From NCBI GenBank assembly GCA_020891255.1, contig BQFW01000012.1:1302001-1366000 (forward strand): a DNA stretch of 64,000 bases, given 5' to 3'. This DNA comes from Entomortierella parvispora E1425 (lineage: Eukaryota; Fungi; Mortierellomycota). Made by a program: the position numbers and the translations under genes. Shown here piece after piece: positions 1-11,748 of this stretch (positions within the stretch are counted from its first letter, which is position 1; every line of letters begins with the position of its first letter). Below the pieces are notes generated by a model, which saw nothing but the letters and a program-made list of their open reading frames with translations, made no database searches and was not told the origin of the DNA.

Positions 1-221
1 AACAATCTACCTCCAACTGTCAAGAGATTGGTTTCCCAAACTGCCTTTTTTTTATTGTGTATTGTCAGGCGTGGGGTATGCATATAGTACAATTTAATAG
101 GTGTGCGTCGTCCCGCCCATGGCACACAAGTGTCCTTGTCAGATATAGGAACGGCGACACGAGCTGTTTTTCCTGCTAACAGCAATGATCCAAATGTGAT
201 GTTGCTTCAGAAAAGGTCCAC

Positions 222-1012
222 TCAATCTCTGGCAGATCCATCCCTAATGGCGACAGTTATGACAAAGAAAAAAAGTCGAAACGTTAGTAATGTTAGAAAT
301 AGCGAGGGGTCTTTCATCGATCTCTTTCATCTCATTTTCCCATTTTCTGATCAGAAAGGCATACCTTGGTCTGTACTTGAAGCCCTTGGACTCTAGTTCT
401 TCTTCAATGTCCTCAGGAAGTCGTCCTTGTACTTGAACGGCATAGATTCCCTTCTCGAATTTATCTATTGGTTTAAAATAGAGAGCTGTTAATTGGAGAT
501 GTCATTTATAAGTAGTTCTTTTGAAATCTCTACGATTTCTCCGCAGTCCTTACCAATGCGCTGCCATTTAGCGACCCAGCTCTCCGAAGGCTGCATCACA
601 GCAACGGCTCTATTATACAGAGGAGAACAGATTTCGCAGCAGGTAAAGGTTAGCACTCTGGAGGTGGATAGCCGATGGTAGAGTTCCGATTGTTGTTTCC
701 TGAAAGGTGGCAATAGATTCCTCCTGCATTACCCATCAAAGTGCTGACTGGTGCAATCCATGACCTTGTCCATTTTGCCTCTCATTCCCAAAAGGGACTC
801 GCAGTTATCACATCCGCTCCTGAGGAACTGTTCCTGCTTCTAGAGACAGAGAAACGACGAAACAGCGATCACGAGTTAGTGTATGGAGATGGAGGTTGTC
901 AAGGAATGGATGGGGTGCGCAGGCCGACTGCGGCAACGGTCCTTGCCTTGATAAGGGAGCAGAGCATGCAGGCGCGAAGCTGCTTCTTGTCGGTGGGGAT
1001 GATGCCAGACAT
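222..1012 (-). CDS. SPT4: Transcription elongation factor Spt4 (DSIF small subunit), 5 exons
   Basis: Manual splicing gives MSGIIPTDKKQLRACMLCSLIK|KQEQFLRSGCDNCESLLGMRGKMDKVMDCTSQHFDG|AVAVMQPSESWVAKWQRI|DKFEKGIYAVQVQGRLPEDIEEELESKGFKYRPR|DGSARD*. The LRACxxC...GCDNC zinc ligands and SWVAKWQRI are Spt4 hallmarks. Intron 1 (840-946) needs a GC donor. Confidence 0.96.
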
Positions 1013-1436
1013 TGTGATGGAGATGAGAGGGATTGAGGAGAAAGACACTGCATGCATGCACAGCACCTTGATATGTACCACAGCGAAGCCAGACACCCCA
1101 ATCCCACAGGCAGCAAAGAGCCAAGCCACCGTGACAGTGTCTTCTTCTTTCCGCCATTCGCTTCTTTCTTTTTCAATTTCATCCATTCCATCCCTCTCCC
1201 CCATTTCAGTCAGTCTCCCCTTCAACATTCATCCATCCACCATCCATTCATCAGTCCTCCCGTGGTTATTTCGCACAGTCCTACTTTATCCTCTCCTGAG
1301 CTAACTCCATTTATACCCAAAGTACATTCACTGCTTTCACCCCCCGCACGTCTATTCTTCAACTCATCACCATCCTCCGTCTTCACCATCCTCCGTCGCT
1401 GAACGCCACCAACTTGACACGTATCACACAAAACAC
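1013..1436. promoter_or_regulatory. Short divergent (bidirectional) promoter shared by SPT4 and ESA1
   Basis: Head-to-head start codons 424 bp apart; CT-rich sequence towards ESA1. Confidence 0.6.
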
Positions 1437-2945
1437 ATGTCCGCCGCATCAAGTCCATTCCCAAGCAACATTGTTACAGGGGGCACCATAGGCTCAATAG
1501 TCCTCGGATGCAAACTACAAGTCCTCCATGGAACCCCTGCAGAGTACCGGAAAGCAGAGATTTTATCCATTCGTCCCACCCCAACGGCTGACGACCCTAC
1601 CCGATGCGAATACTATGTGCATTACTCTGATTACAACAAACGTCTGGATGAATGGGTCGCCCCAGAGAGACTCAACCTCCTCGGAGAGATTGAGTACCCC
1701 AAATTGAAGAAGCCCAAGAGCTTGCTTGCTGGAGTTGGAAAGGAGACCGGCAAGGCCTCGGAACCTGGTACCCCCAGCAGCAGAGTCTCCAAGAATAACC
1801 GGAAAGCCTCTAATCTTAGCAAGGCTGCGTCTACAGGCAAGGCTGGAGAGGCGGCACCGGGAACGCCTGGAGCCGCAAATAACAAACGGAAGGCCGCAGC
1901 GATGGAAGAGGGTAGCGCCAGTCAGGACAAGGACAAAGCAGGGGGTGACGATGACGATGAAGATGGATCAACAAATGGAGATGCCACACCATCAGGGACA
2001 CAGGAAGAAGGAACGTTTTCAAAGGAGCAGGAAATTGAAAAGTTGCGTACATCAGGATCCATGACCCAGAATCCTCATGAGGTCTCTCGTGTCAAGAATC
2101 TGAACTTGATCCAGATTGGCAAGCATGAGGTCGAGACTTGGTACTTTTCACCTTACCCAGTCGAGTACGCACATTTGCCGATTCTTTATATTTGCGAGTT
2201 TTGTCTGTCATTCTTCCCAGGGGTGAAGCAGCTTACTCGCCATCGACACAAGTGCACGCTCCAACATCCTCCAGGCAACGAAATCTATCGCAAGGACGAG
2301 ATCTCATTCTTTGAGATTGATGGGCGGAAACAAAAGGGCTACTGTCGAAACCTCTGTCTGCTGTCCAAGCTGTTTCTGGATCACAAATCGGTTTATTACG
2401 ATGTGGACCCGTTCTTGTTTTACATCATGACCATGCGAGACGAGGACGGAGCACATTTTGTCGGCTATTTCTCCAAGGAAAAGGAATCCGCAGATCAGTT
2501 CAACGTGGCCTGTATTCTGACCATGCCACAGTTTCAGCGAATGGGCTTTGGTCGACTGTTGATTGCGTTCTCGTACGAGCTGTCCAAAGTGGAGAAGCGA
2601 CTGGGATCACCCGAAAAGCCATTGTCAGATCTGGGTCTACTTTCGTACAGAGCATTCTGGGCAGAGACGATCGTGACTTTACTGGTGGAGCAACAAAAGA
2701 CTGGAATCGAGCTGACTATTGACGACATTGCACAGAGGACGGCGTTTCAACAGATGGATGTGCTGCACACGCTTCAGAACTTGAATGCGCTCAAGTATTA
2801 TCATGGACAGTATGCAATTGTGCTGAGTGACACTGTGATCAAGAATGCAGAGAGATCCAGCAAGAAGAAGAGGCGAGAGATTGACCCCAAGGCCCTTGTG
2901 TGGAAGCCGATCCATTTCACAGCAACTCAACTTCGGTTTTTGTAG
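1437..2945 (+). CDS. ESA1: MYST-family histone acetyltransferase Esa1/Tip60 (NuA4 catalytic subunit), intronless, 502 aa
   Basis: N-terminal Tudor-knot chromodomain (YYVHYSDYNKRLDEWV), ETWYFSPYP, C2HC zinc finger (CEFCL...HRHKC), DHKSVYYDVDPF, ACILTMPQFQRMGFG and GSPEKPLSDLG motifs. Confidence 0.97.
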   Translation: MSAASSPFPSNIVTGGTIGSIVLGCKLQVLHGTPAEYRKAEILSIRPTPTADDPTRCEYYVHYSDYNKRLDEWVAPERLNLLGEIEYPKLKKPKSLLAGVGKETGKASEPGTPSSRVSKNNRKASNLSKAASTGKAGEAAPGTPGAANNKRKAAAMEEGSASQDKDKAGGDDDDEDGSTNGDATPSGTQEEGTFSKEQEIEKLRTSGSMTQNPHEVSRVKNLNLIQIGKHEVETWYFSPYPVEYAHLPILYICEFCLSFFPGVKQLTRHRHKCTLQHPPGNEIYRKDEISFFEIDGRKQKGYCRNLCLLSKLFLDHKSVYYDVDPFLFYIMTMRDEDGAHFVGYFSKEKESADQFNVACILTMPQFQRMGFGRLLIAFSYELSKVEKRLGSPEKPLSDLGLLSYRAFWAETIVTLLVEQQKTGIELTIDDIAQRTAFQQMDVLHTLQNLNALKYYHGQYAIVLSDTVIKNAERSSKKKRREIDPKALVWKPIHFTATQLRFL

Positions 2946-3227
2946 TTGACAAAAGCGTTTTCAATTAAAAAAAGAAAAAGCCCACGTGACAGTTTTGATG
3001 CGCTTGACTTCGCCCCCACGGCCATTTTTTTTTTTTTTGTTCCTCCTTTCAGCTCATTGACATCTCGGTGCGACTCCCTTGGGTCGATTCTACTTACAAC
3101 TCTCACTATTGCAAGGAATCACAACAACCCTAGTCGGACTCGTGAGATACGGGTGTATTAACGAACTTTCACGACAACACCCACAACCAATTTCCAAAGG
3201 GCGATTTTTTTTTTTAATATTCATTCC

Positions 3228-4753
3228 ATGGAAAACTACGATTACACCAACAAGACCATGCTGGCCCCCATGGTCCGCATCGGTACTTTGCCCATGCGTC
3301 TGCTTGCCCTCGAATACGGAGCCGACCTCGTCTATACTCCCGAAATTGTCGACAAGGGCATCGTTGGAGCCGAGCGAATTGTCCATCCTGACAACGGTAC
3401 GGTGGACTATCAGGTCCGAGGAGTCTCAGTCTTCAAGACGCACCCCAGCGAGAAATCTCGTCTGGTCTTCCAGATTGGATCTGCCAATGCAGAGCTGGCC
3501 CTTCAGGCGGCCTTGACCGTCAAGCAGGATGTCTCGACCATTGATCTGAACTGTGGCTGCCCTAAGCGCTTCTCGATCCACGGAGGCATGGGTGCGGCTT
3601 TGATGGAGGAACCCGAAAAGTTGTGTGGGATCCTTCGGACGTTGGTCCAAGGAACAGGCTTGCCAGTGACATGCAAGATCCGCATCTTTGAAGACCGTCA
3701 AAAGACGTTGGATCTGGTCAAGATGATTGAGAAGACGGGAGTGAAGGCGTTGGCGGTCCATTGTCGCTACAGAGATGAAAGGCCTCGGGATCCTGGTCAT
3801 TGGGATCGGTTCAAGGAGATTGTCGAGGCTGTCTCGATCCCTGTCATTGCCAACGGAGATGTGACAGAGTATAGCAAGATTGCTCAAGTGAGAGAACTCA
3901 CAGGTAAGAAAGGAAAAACAAACAAACAAAAAAAAAAAAAGAAAAGAAACAGAAAAATTGCGGGCAAAATTTTACAATGTCATATCATTTTTGCTATTGT
4001 AGCTAATGCTGTTGAACTTTTTTCTCCTATTTTCACCAGGCGTCAAGGGAGTGATGATCGCCAGAGGAGCACAGTCTAATGTGTCTGTGTTCAGAAAGGA
4101 GGGTTTGGTGCCTCACTTGGAGATTGTGCGTCAATATATCCGCAAGGTACAGTCATACAGTCACGGAGATTCTAAGCAGGAGGCAGGGTCATTGACGAGG
4201 TTCATTATGATGATACTAACACGTTTTTCGAATTTCTTTTTAGGCCATGGAGACTAGGAACTTGCACTCGAACACAAAGTATGTCTTGATGCAGATCTTT
4301 GCCCCCGACTTTACAAAGGATCCTCATTACCGTCCATTGTGCGACGCAAAGACTTTCCGAGCTATTTGTCAAGTTTTTGGAATGGTTGAGGAACTGGATG
4401 CCTGGGAGGCTAGTCAGAAGGCTCAAGGATTCCCCTATGATGTGGACACCCACCCCAAGAGGACCGTTGCCCCTGTCGCAGCTGCAGAAGAAAAGGTCGC
4501 AGAGTCCGATGCTTCATTTTGTCCGCCCGCATCTATCAGCACCACAACTGCAACTGCAAAGCGGAAGATTGACGACGTGGAGAATGCTCAGGATGAAAAA
4601 GTGGTGGAGACCAAGTCTGCTGAGGTAGTAGAGTCAGAGACCAAGGAGGAAACTGGACCCCCTGCTGCCAAGGTTGCCAAGACGACGACATCTGACGGAT
4701 CCAGCTCTCAACCCACTCCTGCAGACACTCCCCAGCCTGTAGATCTGGAGTGA
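3228..4753 (+). CDS. DUS2: tRNA-dihydrouridine(20) synthase, Dus2/Smm1 type, 3 exons
   Basis: LAPMVRIGTLPMRLLAL, FQIGSA, IDLNCGCPK...GGMGAALM, AVHCR and VIANGDV motifs. GT-AG introns at about 3904-4039 and 4148-4243 restore GVKGVMIARGAQSNVSVF and NTKY. Acidic low-complexity tail. Confidence 0.93.
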
Positions 4754-5071
4754 ATGGACTCTTTCTATTTTTTTTTGTCATAGTGTTGACTTTTCATTTT
4801 TCACTACTTCATCTTTGCCAGCATCTTTTGTTCAGCATTTCGAGTCTTTTTCGCCGCTCCCATTTTGCATAGCTCCATAGCTCCTCTCCCTCCTCTTCAT
4901 CTTGCAGGCCATTGCCGCATATCCAGTTTTCCTCTATAAATCCATGGATGAGATATAAATCGTTTCCCCAGTTTTTGATTGTACAGAGTTGAGCGATCTT
5001 TCATTTAACGTTGTCGCTTTCGTTTCCTGTGGTGGAGGATGTGGAGGATGTGGCGGGGTTTCCTTTTGCGT

Positions 5072-6009
5072 CTAAAATACCACTTCGTGCGGTTCTACTC
5101 GGAATGTCTCTCCATTCTCTCGTACACTCTGCCGGTCTACATCTCGTTTCAGCGGTTTCCGCATATCTACGAGAGGGGAAGCAATACAAAAGAAAAGAAG
5201 ATGAGTTTCAATGACCAGTAGAAATTACTTTCCTGACTGTCCCTTTTTCGTTGCTCGAACGATTTGTTCCTCTCTCTGGTCCTCTGTCCGAGACTTACCA
5301 AAGGCATCCTCTGTAGTATCCCCTGAATAGTATTCAATGACGGTTCGATAGATCGAGTATCCAAAGCGTTTATACATCTCGATGGCCACCTTATTGGATC
5401 GTCTTACGAACAGGTCCACAAAGTACCCATCATAAGGCTCCTCCGAGACCTTCTCCAACAGCGTCATCATGCCCTCGGCCAGTCCCAGACGACGGTATTC
5501 AGGAGCCACAGTGATGGCGGTGACATGTCCATGCCAGTCCAGACCTGTGCCCTCTGCCTTTCCCATCACATACGCCATCAAGGTCTCGGAGGGGGTGCAT
5601 TGGACAGAAAAGAGATCGGGCCAACGAGCCAGATACGAGAGATAGAACGAAATGTTGTACTAGAAAAAAAAAAAAAAAAAAAAAGAAAGAGGCAAGGTTG
5701 CGTGAGAAATAAGTTTTAGCATTTTTGCTTTTTTTTTTGTTCTTGCCAAAAGACAAAGATCCTTACAGTCTCTGTCAACGAGTCCAAGTTACTGTTGGTT
5801 CCATTGAATTGGGACGGTAAGAAAGGAGGGGGTGAAAGGGGTCAACAAAGAAAAATCACGTTAGCTATTGCTCCTCAGTTGACCGCGTTTTTGTTTCTTT
5901 TTTTTCACTCTATATTTGCGCGGACATGATGTACAGAAATGGCATTTGGCATTTACATGGCGTTGAAGTTGAAAAGGTCCGTAGCCTTGAACTGTCGCAA
6001 GCTGCTCAT
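5072..6009 (-). CDS. NAT3: N-terminal acetyltransferase NatB catalytic subunit (Nat3/Naa20), 4 exons
   Basis: Spliced MSSLRQFKATDLFNFNAI|NLDSLTET|YNISFYLSYLARWP...YVMGKAEG...WHGHVTAITVAPEYRRLGLA...FVDLFVRRSNKVAIEMYKRFGY...EDAF|DMRKPLKRD; matches the Naa20 GNAT signature. Confidence 0.95.
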
Positions 6010-6905
6010 GGTGGCAAGATGTAGAGTATGAGAAGAGAGGAATGAGAGACGGAGAGTTGAACGATGAATGAATGAACGCCTCCTGAATGTGGCCCTGGAG
6101 CCTGGACAAGCCACTGGTGCCGTATGGCGAGGACTGTCAATTCTTTCTGAAGAAAGAGACGGAGACGAATTCATAACGAAATTTTCATAAGGAAATTGTG
6201 TTGCTCACGTTCGTGGGCCTGTTTTCCTTCTCTTGCTGGCATCCTCGTTCCATCTTTCGGTCCATCCTTCCGATACTGTCAGCATGCAAAACATCCCTTC
6301 ATTTCATTGGATATACAGATAACATGTTGGATTGTTCGTCTATTCGTTTATTTTATTCGAGAGTATTCGTAGTTGGATTGAGGTTCCCTCTTGTTGCTGC
6401 CAAAGTTCACTGGAGTGCAATACAATAGCCTTTGAGGCCAAGAGAGTCAGACTCTTGATTCTTTGAGGGATCAATTGTATGTATGGGGTGCCTCGCGCAG
6501 GGGAGGGGAGAGGATGCCCTCATCGAGCTACTGGAGATGTCGCTTTTGAAGCGCAAGAATGTGTGCGACTGAAGAGCCATAGAGGGCTATAACGTTTGCC
6601 TTAAAGGACAAGCGGTTTTACACAAAAACGAAAGAGGTTTCAAAAGGACTGTCAAGCTCGTCTTCTGATGATTGGGATGTTTACCTGCTTCCTTTTTTTC
6701 GCGCGTGTAACCATTACCTAAGTCTGTTCTCAATACCATTTGACCCCTCATTTCGCAATGCTATACCTTTGCATGTCGATCTCCTTTGATAGATTTGTTG
6801 TTGTAAGGAATGAAAGGAGGGAGGAGATACGAGATAAAATTTATTTTGTTCCTCTCTGTGATTATGGGCAGAATGGTTGCGCAAAAAGAGGACAAGATAA
6901 CTCAC

Positions 6906-9589
6906 TCAGTCGTAGTTGGAGACATCGTGCAGTCTCATCACTTCGTTCCAGTCCTTTCTTCTTCTTCTCTTGATCGAGAAGTAGCTTCCAGAAAGCTTGC
7001 CCATCCACCCACTGTCTGCCTTCTTGGTCTTGTTCTCTTTGATCAGCTCCTCGGGATCCTCGGGCAAGTTCAAAACTTCGACCGCCAACTTGTTCACGCG
7101 CTCCGCCAAAACTGCCCGTGTCTCCTGAAGGGAGTACATGGTATCCTCCGTCATGAACATCAGGCGCAAGAGGCTGAGCATCGATTTCGCGTTATGGATC
7201 AAATCCTCGAGCCAACGAATCGTGCTATTTGAAAGTGTGAACGATGAGAAGGAAGCGTCGGAACATCACAGGAGCCTCTTTCAAATAAGAATCTCTTTCT
7301 CACAATCGTAGGATAAACTTACAGCCACATGAGAATCACGATTCCTGGTGCAGTGAAAATGGCAATTGGCAGAGTCATCAAAACCCAGAAGCCCCAGATC
7401 AGTGGTAAAAAGAAGGTTGCAATCATCAACTTGTACTGTGCAATCTCATCCAGGTTATCCTCAAGGGGTCCCTTCTGACGGATCTTTCTCTCCTGGTACT
7501 TGACGGCGATAAATACTGGAGCCCACAAAAACAGACCAGGAATACAGATCGATGCCAAAAGACAAGCCAACAGGAAGCGCTGGCCCAGTCGAGACAGAAT
7601 CACGCGTACAGGCGGCTTTCCTTGCTTGATTCGATAATCCTTGAGGCAATAAAAGTCCAAGTGGTCTTGATATTCCTACGGTTCCCAAAGCAGTCCAAGT
7701 GTTCAATGTCAGTCTCTTTCTTTCATGTACTTTACTGTTTTATACCTGCATTGAGTGAAAAAAAAACTTCACTTACTGCAAGATCACTTCCGAGCTCCTC
7801 AATGAACTTGGCCATCTCTGGAGAACGCTTGTCTAGCTGTCTCTCCAACAAAGTTGGCTTCACTTCTCCGTTTTGCTCACCCAATGCTGGGGGGTGCTTG
7901 CTATCACTGAAGGCTGCAACAAACTTTCGGGTCAGGCGCACATACTGTCCCAGCGAAATCCTTGTGCCCAAGTCGCCCCCGTAAAGTTTACGTGCTACAT
8001 GTCCCAATCGAACAGTTTGCCAATCCTGAGCATCCAAAAGATTCGATCGAACAGTGTTTTCCAACAGCTCTGTAAGTTTACTAATCGCTTCGGCCCTCTC
8101 CTCCTTGTTGGTCGAAAACAGCTTTGGATCCTGTTGAGGCGTGAGAACGATGGGGTCGTGGAAAGTAACCAAGACGTCCGATCGGAACTTTTCACGGTGA
8201 AGATAGTTAATGGATGCCGTCATCAATGTCAGAGAAAAGTCGGGCCGATCCTGGAATTTGCTCAGTGTCTATCATTTTTGGTATCGGGATAACTGTTAGA
8301 TCTTGCCATTGGGATTGACAGGTCGATGTTCGTGAGGGATACATACGTCACTGGCAATCATGGCCACACCGGCCTTGAAAGGCGCCAACTGTGGATGGTA
8401 TCTTGAAATGCCTTCAGGGAACATGCTACGAGCCAGTTCAAACAGTGTTAGAAAATAGGACTCTGTAGTCGTCATGACCGCGCACGGTGCTTCTGTGTGA
8501 GCTTGGCTGGTACTACCATCCGCTTTCACGAGCCGATCCATTTCCACAAGGTCCCCCCCTCGCTCTCTCTCCCCCACAGGATAAACAAGAAAGCCAAACA
8601 AAAAACAAAAAAAAAAAAAGTGTCGTGTCTTTGCATTACCACACGCAGCTTCCGGTTCCCAGGCTGTCGATCAATGCACTCATGGTCTCGGCATTGTCAA
8701 CTTTTTTGTTGTCATAGTCCTTTCGTCTCTTGATCGGAATAGTTCCTGCGCTCTTGATCACGTAGCTAAAGGAGAGTCAAGATAACGCGCGTGAGAATGC
8801 AGGAGTCGAAGAAAGACTTAAAATACGAAGCATGTTTCGTGAATAAAAAGGGTGTCCATACTTGAAAACGCCTGGCTTGTGCCAGAACGTGTCTTTGGCA
8901 GTCATACGGATCATGCTTCGGCTCTTGGATGGGACAGTCGACAGGATGGCAATAGCGTCTGTTAAACTGTTGGAGTGGTTTGCCACTATTGAAGAGACGG
9001 ACCAGGGAAGAAGAAGAAGGGAATCCGTTAGACCGTTGATGGTGTCATGTTGCTCTTCAGAGTCCTTTCCTTCCTTGTATAAATAGACTAGAGCTCATTT
9101 GGAAGGATGCAATAGTCGAGGCAATAATCACCGCTGGATAAGTAGCCCCACATGCCGTCTGCTTCCTCGATCTGATCCATGACATAACCCGAGGATCATT
9201 GGGTTGGAAGACTCAATGCTTGGTTCCCAGTACCAAAAACACGAGCCTGTCACGAAAAGAAGTCTTGAAGAGACCAAGAAAAAACTTTTTTTTTTCACCT
9301 TACCAAGGATGGCTGGGTAGTTGTCGGGAGCAATATTCTCGGTGCACTCCACCTCGACATTGCCATAGAAGGAATGGAGACAAATCTTGAAAAAGAATCG
9401 AATGGCTTTGTACATTGCCGGAGGACGCTGATTCTCCAAGGACGTGGACAAGGGTTTGTGGCCGTTGGAATGAGCAGGCGCGTGTGCGTCGGTGGCACCC
9501 ATGCCCGAAGAAAAGTTCTCATGATGACCATTGCGGGCAGCGGCAGCCTTGAGCTGGCTCTGAGAAGAGCGCTTGCGTAGGTTTGGCAT
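6906..9589 (-). CDS. Glycerol-3-phosphate/DHAP O-acyltransferase, fungal GPT2/SCT1-like, about 7 exons
   Basis: Exons encode ANHSNSLTD (HX5D-spaced motif I as in yeast Sct1/Gpt2), AKDTFW, AGTIPIKRR, FPEGISRYHPQLAPFKAG (motif III), SINYLHREKFRSDV and C-terminal hydrophobic helices. All junctions I reconstructed are GT-AG. Confidence 0.9.
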
Positions 9590-10000
9590 ATGAAAGTGCG
9601 AGTAGGGAAAAAGAACAAGGAAGGCGAAGGGAAAGGAAAGGGAAGAGCGGGAAAGTGCAAAGGAGTGCAGTGAATGTCTTAGGTTAATGCATAGGTCATG
9701 TGACCTGTGTTTCCGCACTGCAGGGATGAAGGATCTTGCAGCTGCTTCCTTGCTGGTGGCAGCAATTGTGGATAAACAAAGTCTCTGTTGGCCCCATTCT
9801 TTGGTAAACGTGTTTGTTCATAGTGAGCTGCCATCACCCTCGCTCATTCCTTTTATTCATTGACTCCAGAGAACTCGTATTCATAAAAAGAAACAAAAAA
9901 GTGACGACTTTTTATCCTTCATGTTGCCATGCTATCAAACCACTCCCTTTTGAATTCCTTGTATTTTTTTTGTTCTTTCTTATTACAAAGAAGAAAAAAT

Positions 10001-10366
10001 TTAAAGGGCAAGGGTAACCTCGCACTCGACACCAGACTCGAGGTTGATGGAGGTCAACTGCTTGACGATCTCGGCGGGGGAGTGCAAGTCGATGAGACGC
10101 TTGTGGATCTTCATCTCGTAACGGTCCCAGGTCTTGGAACCCTCACCGCAAGGGGACTTGCGGGTGGTGATGCGGAGAACCTTGGTGGGGAGACGGACGG
10201 GTCCCTTGACACGGAGGTTCTTGTCCTTGGCACGCTGGATCAAGTCCGAGCAGACCTTCTCGAGGTTCTTGACGTTGCGGGAGGTCAAGGTGATACGGAT
10301 GCGGTGAACGGCAGACTCGACGTTCTCCTCGACACCGGGCTTGGCAGACTTCTGGATGGCAGACAT
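10001..10366 (-). CDS. RPS20: 40S ribosomal protein uS10 (eukaryotic S20)
   Basis: [19 protein letters not shown]...[42 protein letters not shown] is the canonical RPS20 sequence; strongly C/G-ending codons. Confidence 0.98.
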   Translation of the reverse strand: MSAIQKSAKPGVEENVESAVHRIRITLTSRNVKNLEKVCSDLIQRAKDKNLRVKGPVRLPTKVLRITTRKSPCGEGSKTWDRYEMKIHKRLIDLHSPAEIVKQLTSINLESGVECEVTLAL

Positions 10367-10533
10367 GATGATTAGATTTCGAAAGGAGGAAACAGATGCA
10401 CTCGCCCAGGCACATCGCTCTTATCCTTCCTTCCTGCCGGTCTATGTTTTTTTTCTTGACTGCTTTTTCTGGTGTGATGTGACTTACATTTATTTCTCAT
10501 CTTTACTACCTTTGATATTAGGGTGTCGGGGGT

Positions 10534-11748
10534 TCATGGCTTCAGCACCGTCATGTCAAAGGGTCCCGCGTGGGTCTTGGCCCACTGAACCGCCTCCTCA
10601 ACCTGCTCCAGCTTGAATTCCTTGCATGTCAACAGCGTAGGATCCAAGAGGCCAGCATCAATCATGCCCAAGATTTCAACGTTCGCCACCAATGGGTTCA
10701 TGAACACTCCCTTCACCGTCAAGTTCTTTCCTGTCATCTGGCGGTAAGGCAGCTCGACGGAGTCATGTTCCCCACCCATCAAAATCGCCGTGCCTCCAAA
10801 TTTCAATGCACTGATCGCCGCACGCGCGGTCGAGAAGGGAGCTGTCTCTGGCAACATGTCAAAGGTCACATCCAAATGGAACCCTTCCCCGACCGCCTTT
10901 TGAAAGTTGGCAGTATCCTTGGCCTCGTCCCCTGTCGCCACCACAGGATAGACGCGAGGCCCAAACTTGGCCACATAACTCTCCAACACTTGCAGATTGC
11001 GGCCCGAGGCGATGACTCGGCGGGCACCCATGGCAAGGGCGATGGCGACCGCAGAGCCGCCAAAGGGACCGGTCGAACCGGTGATGGCAATAGTGTGTCC
11101 AGCTCGAAGACCCGAATCGCGGAGTCCTCCATAGACGATGGCGTAACCGGCAATGTTGCTCAAAGCACTAATGCCAACCTTTGCTTCGACACTGGGAGGA
11201 ACAGGAATCTAGAAAAATGGTCCCCAACGATGAAAGAGAGGGGCTGTTAGGTTTCCAAGTTCAAATCTTTCTCCCTCTCGCCCGTTCTACTGGCGCATCC
11301 GAGCCTAATCATCACTTACAAGGTTCTCAACAGGCGCCACCATCTTTTCAGCCCACGAGCCATTCAGCCAGACTGACTGCAAGCTCTCACCTGCGGGGCC
11401 GGGCGCCAAAAGACCCGAGATGATCGCCGCTGGTGCCACGGCATCATCGCGAGCGCGGATGGTAGGATCAAAGATAACCAACTGGCCAGGCCTCAAGACA
11501 GTGCTTCCCGGTCCGATAGATCGAATTCGACCCACGGCCCCGGTGCCGGGCACGGAGGGAAAGATCTTCGGGAACACGCGGGTCCCGTCCAAAATCTCGG
11601 ACGCGTAGCTTCGAATATGGGTCGCCAAGATATCGATCACGGCCTCGCCCGCTGTAGGTTCTCGGATGGGGATCTCGGACAAGGTCACGAAGGGCGGATT
11701 CTGCTTGGGTGCCTGAGAGATGGCGGCTTTGGCAGTGGTAGCGGTCAT
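10534..11748 (-). CDS. Medium-chain dehydrogenase/reductase (GroES-like alcohol dehydrogenase/quinone oxidoreductase family), 2 exons
   Basis: GroES-like N-domain (PSVPGTGAVGRI...GQLVIFDPTIRARDD...NGSWAEKMVAPVENL), GT-AG intron 11209-11319, Rossmann ITGSTGPFGGSAV...ASGRN, GGTAILMGG and NLTVKGVFM. Confidence 0.88.

Noticed and set aside
1437-2945. Intronless ESA1 as a possible retrocopy
   Set aside because: All catalytic motifs are intact, there is no clear poly(A) remnant or target-site duplication, and other genes here are also intronless.
8425-8637. Open reading frame running through a GPAT intron (possible alternative exon or snoRNA)
   Set aside because: Conserved GPAT sequence is restored only by full removal. 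One candidate in-phase internal acceptor creates TGA, and there are no clear C/D or H/ACA boxes.
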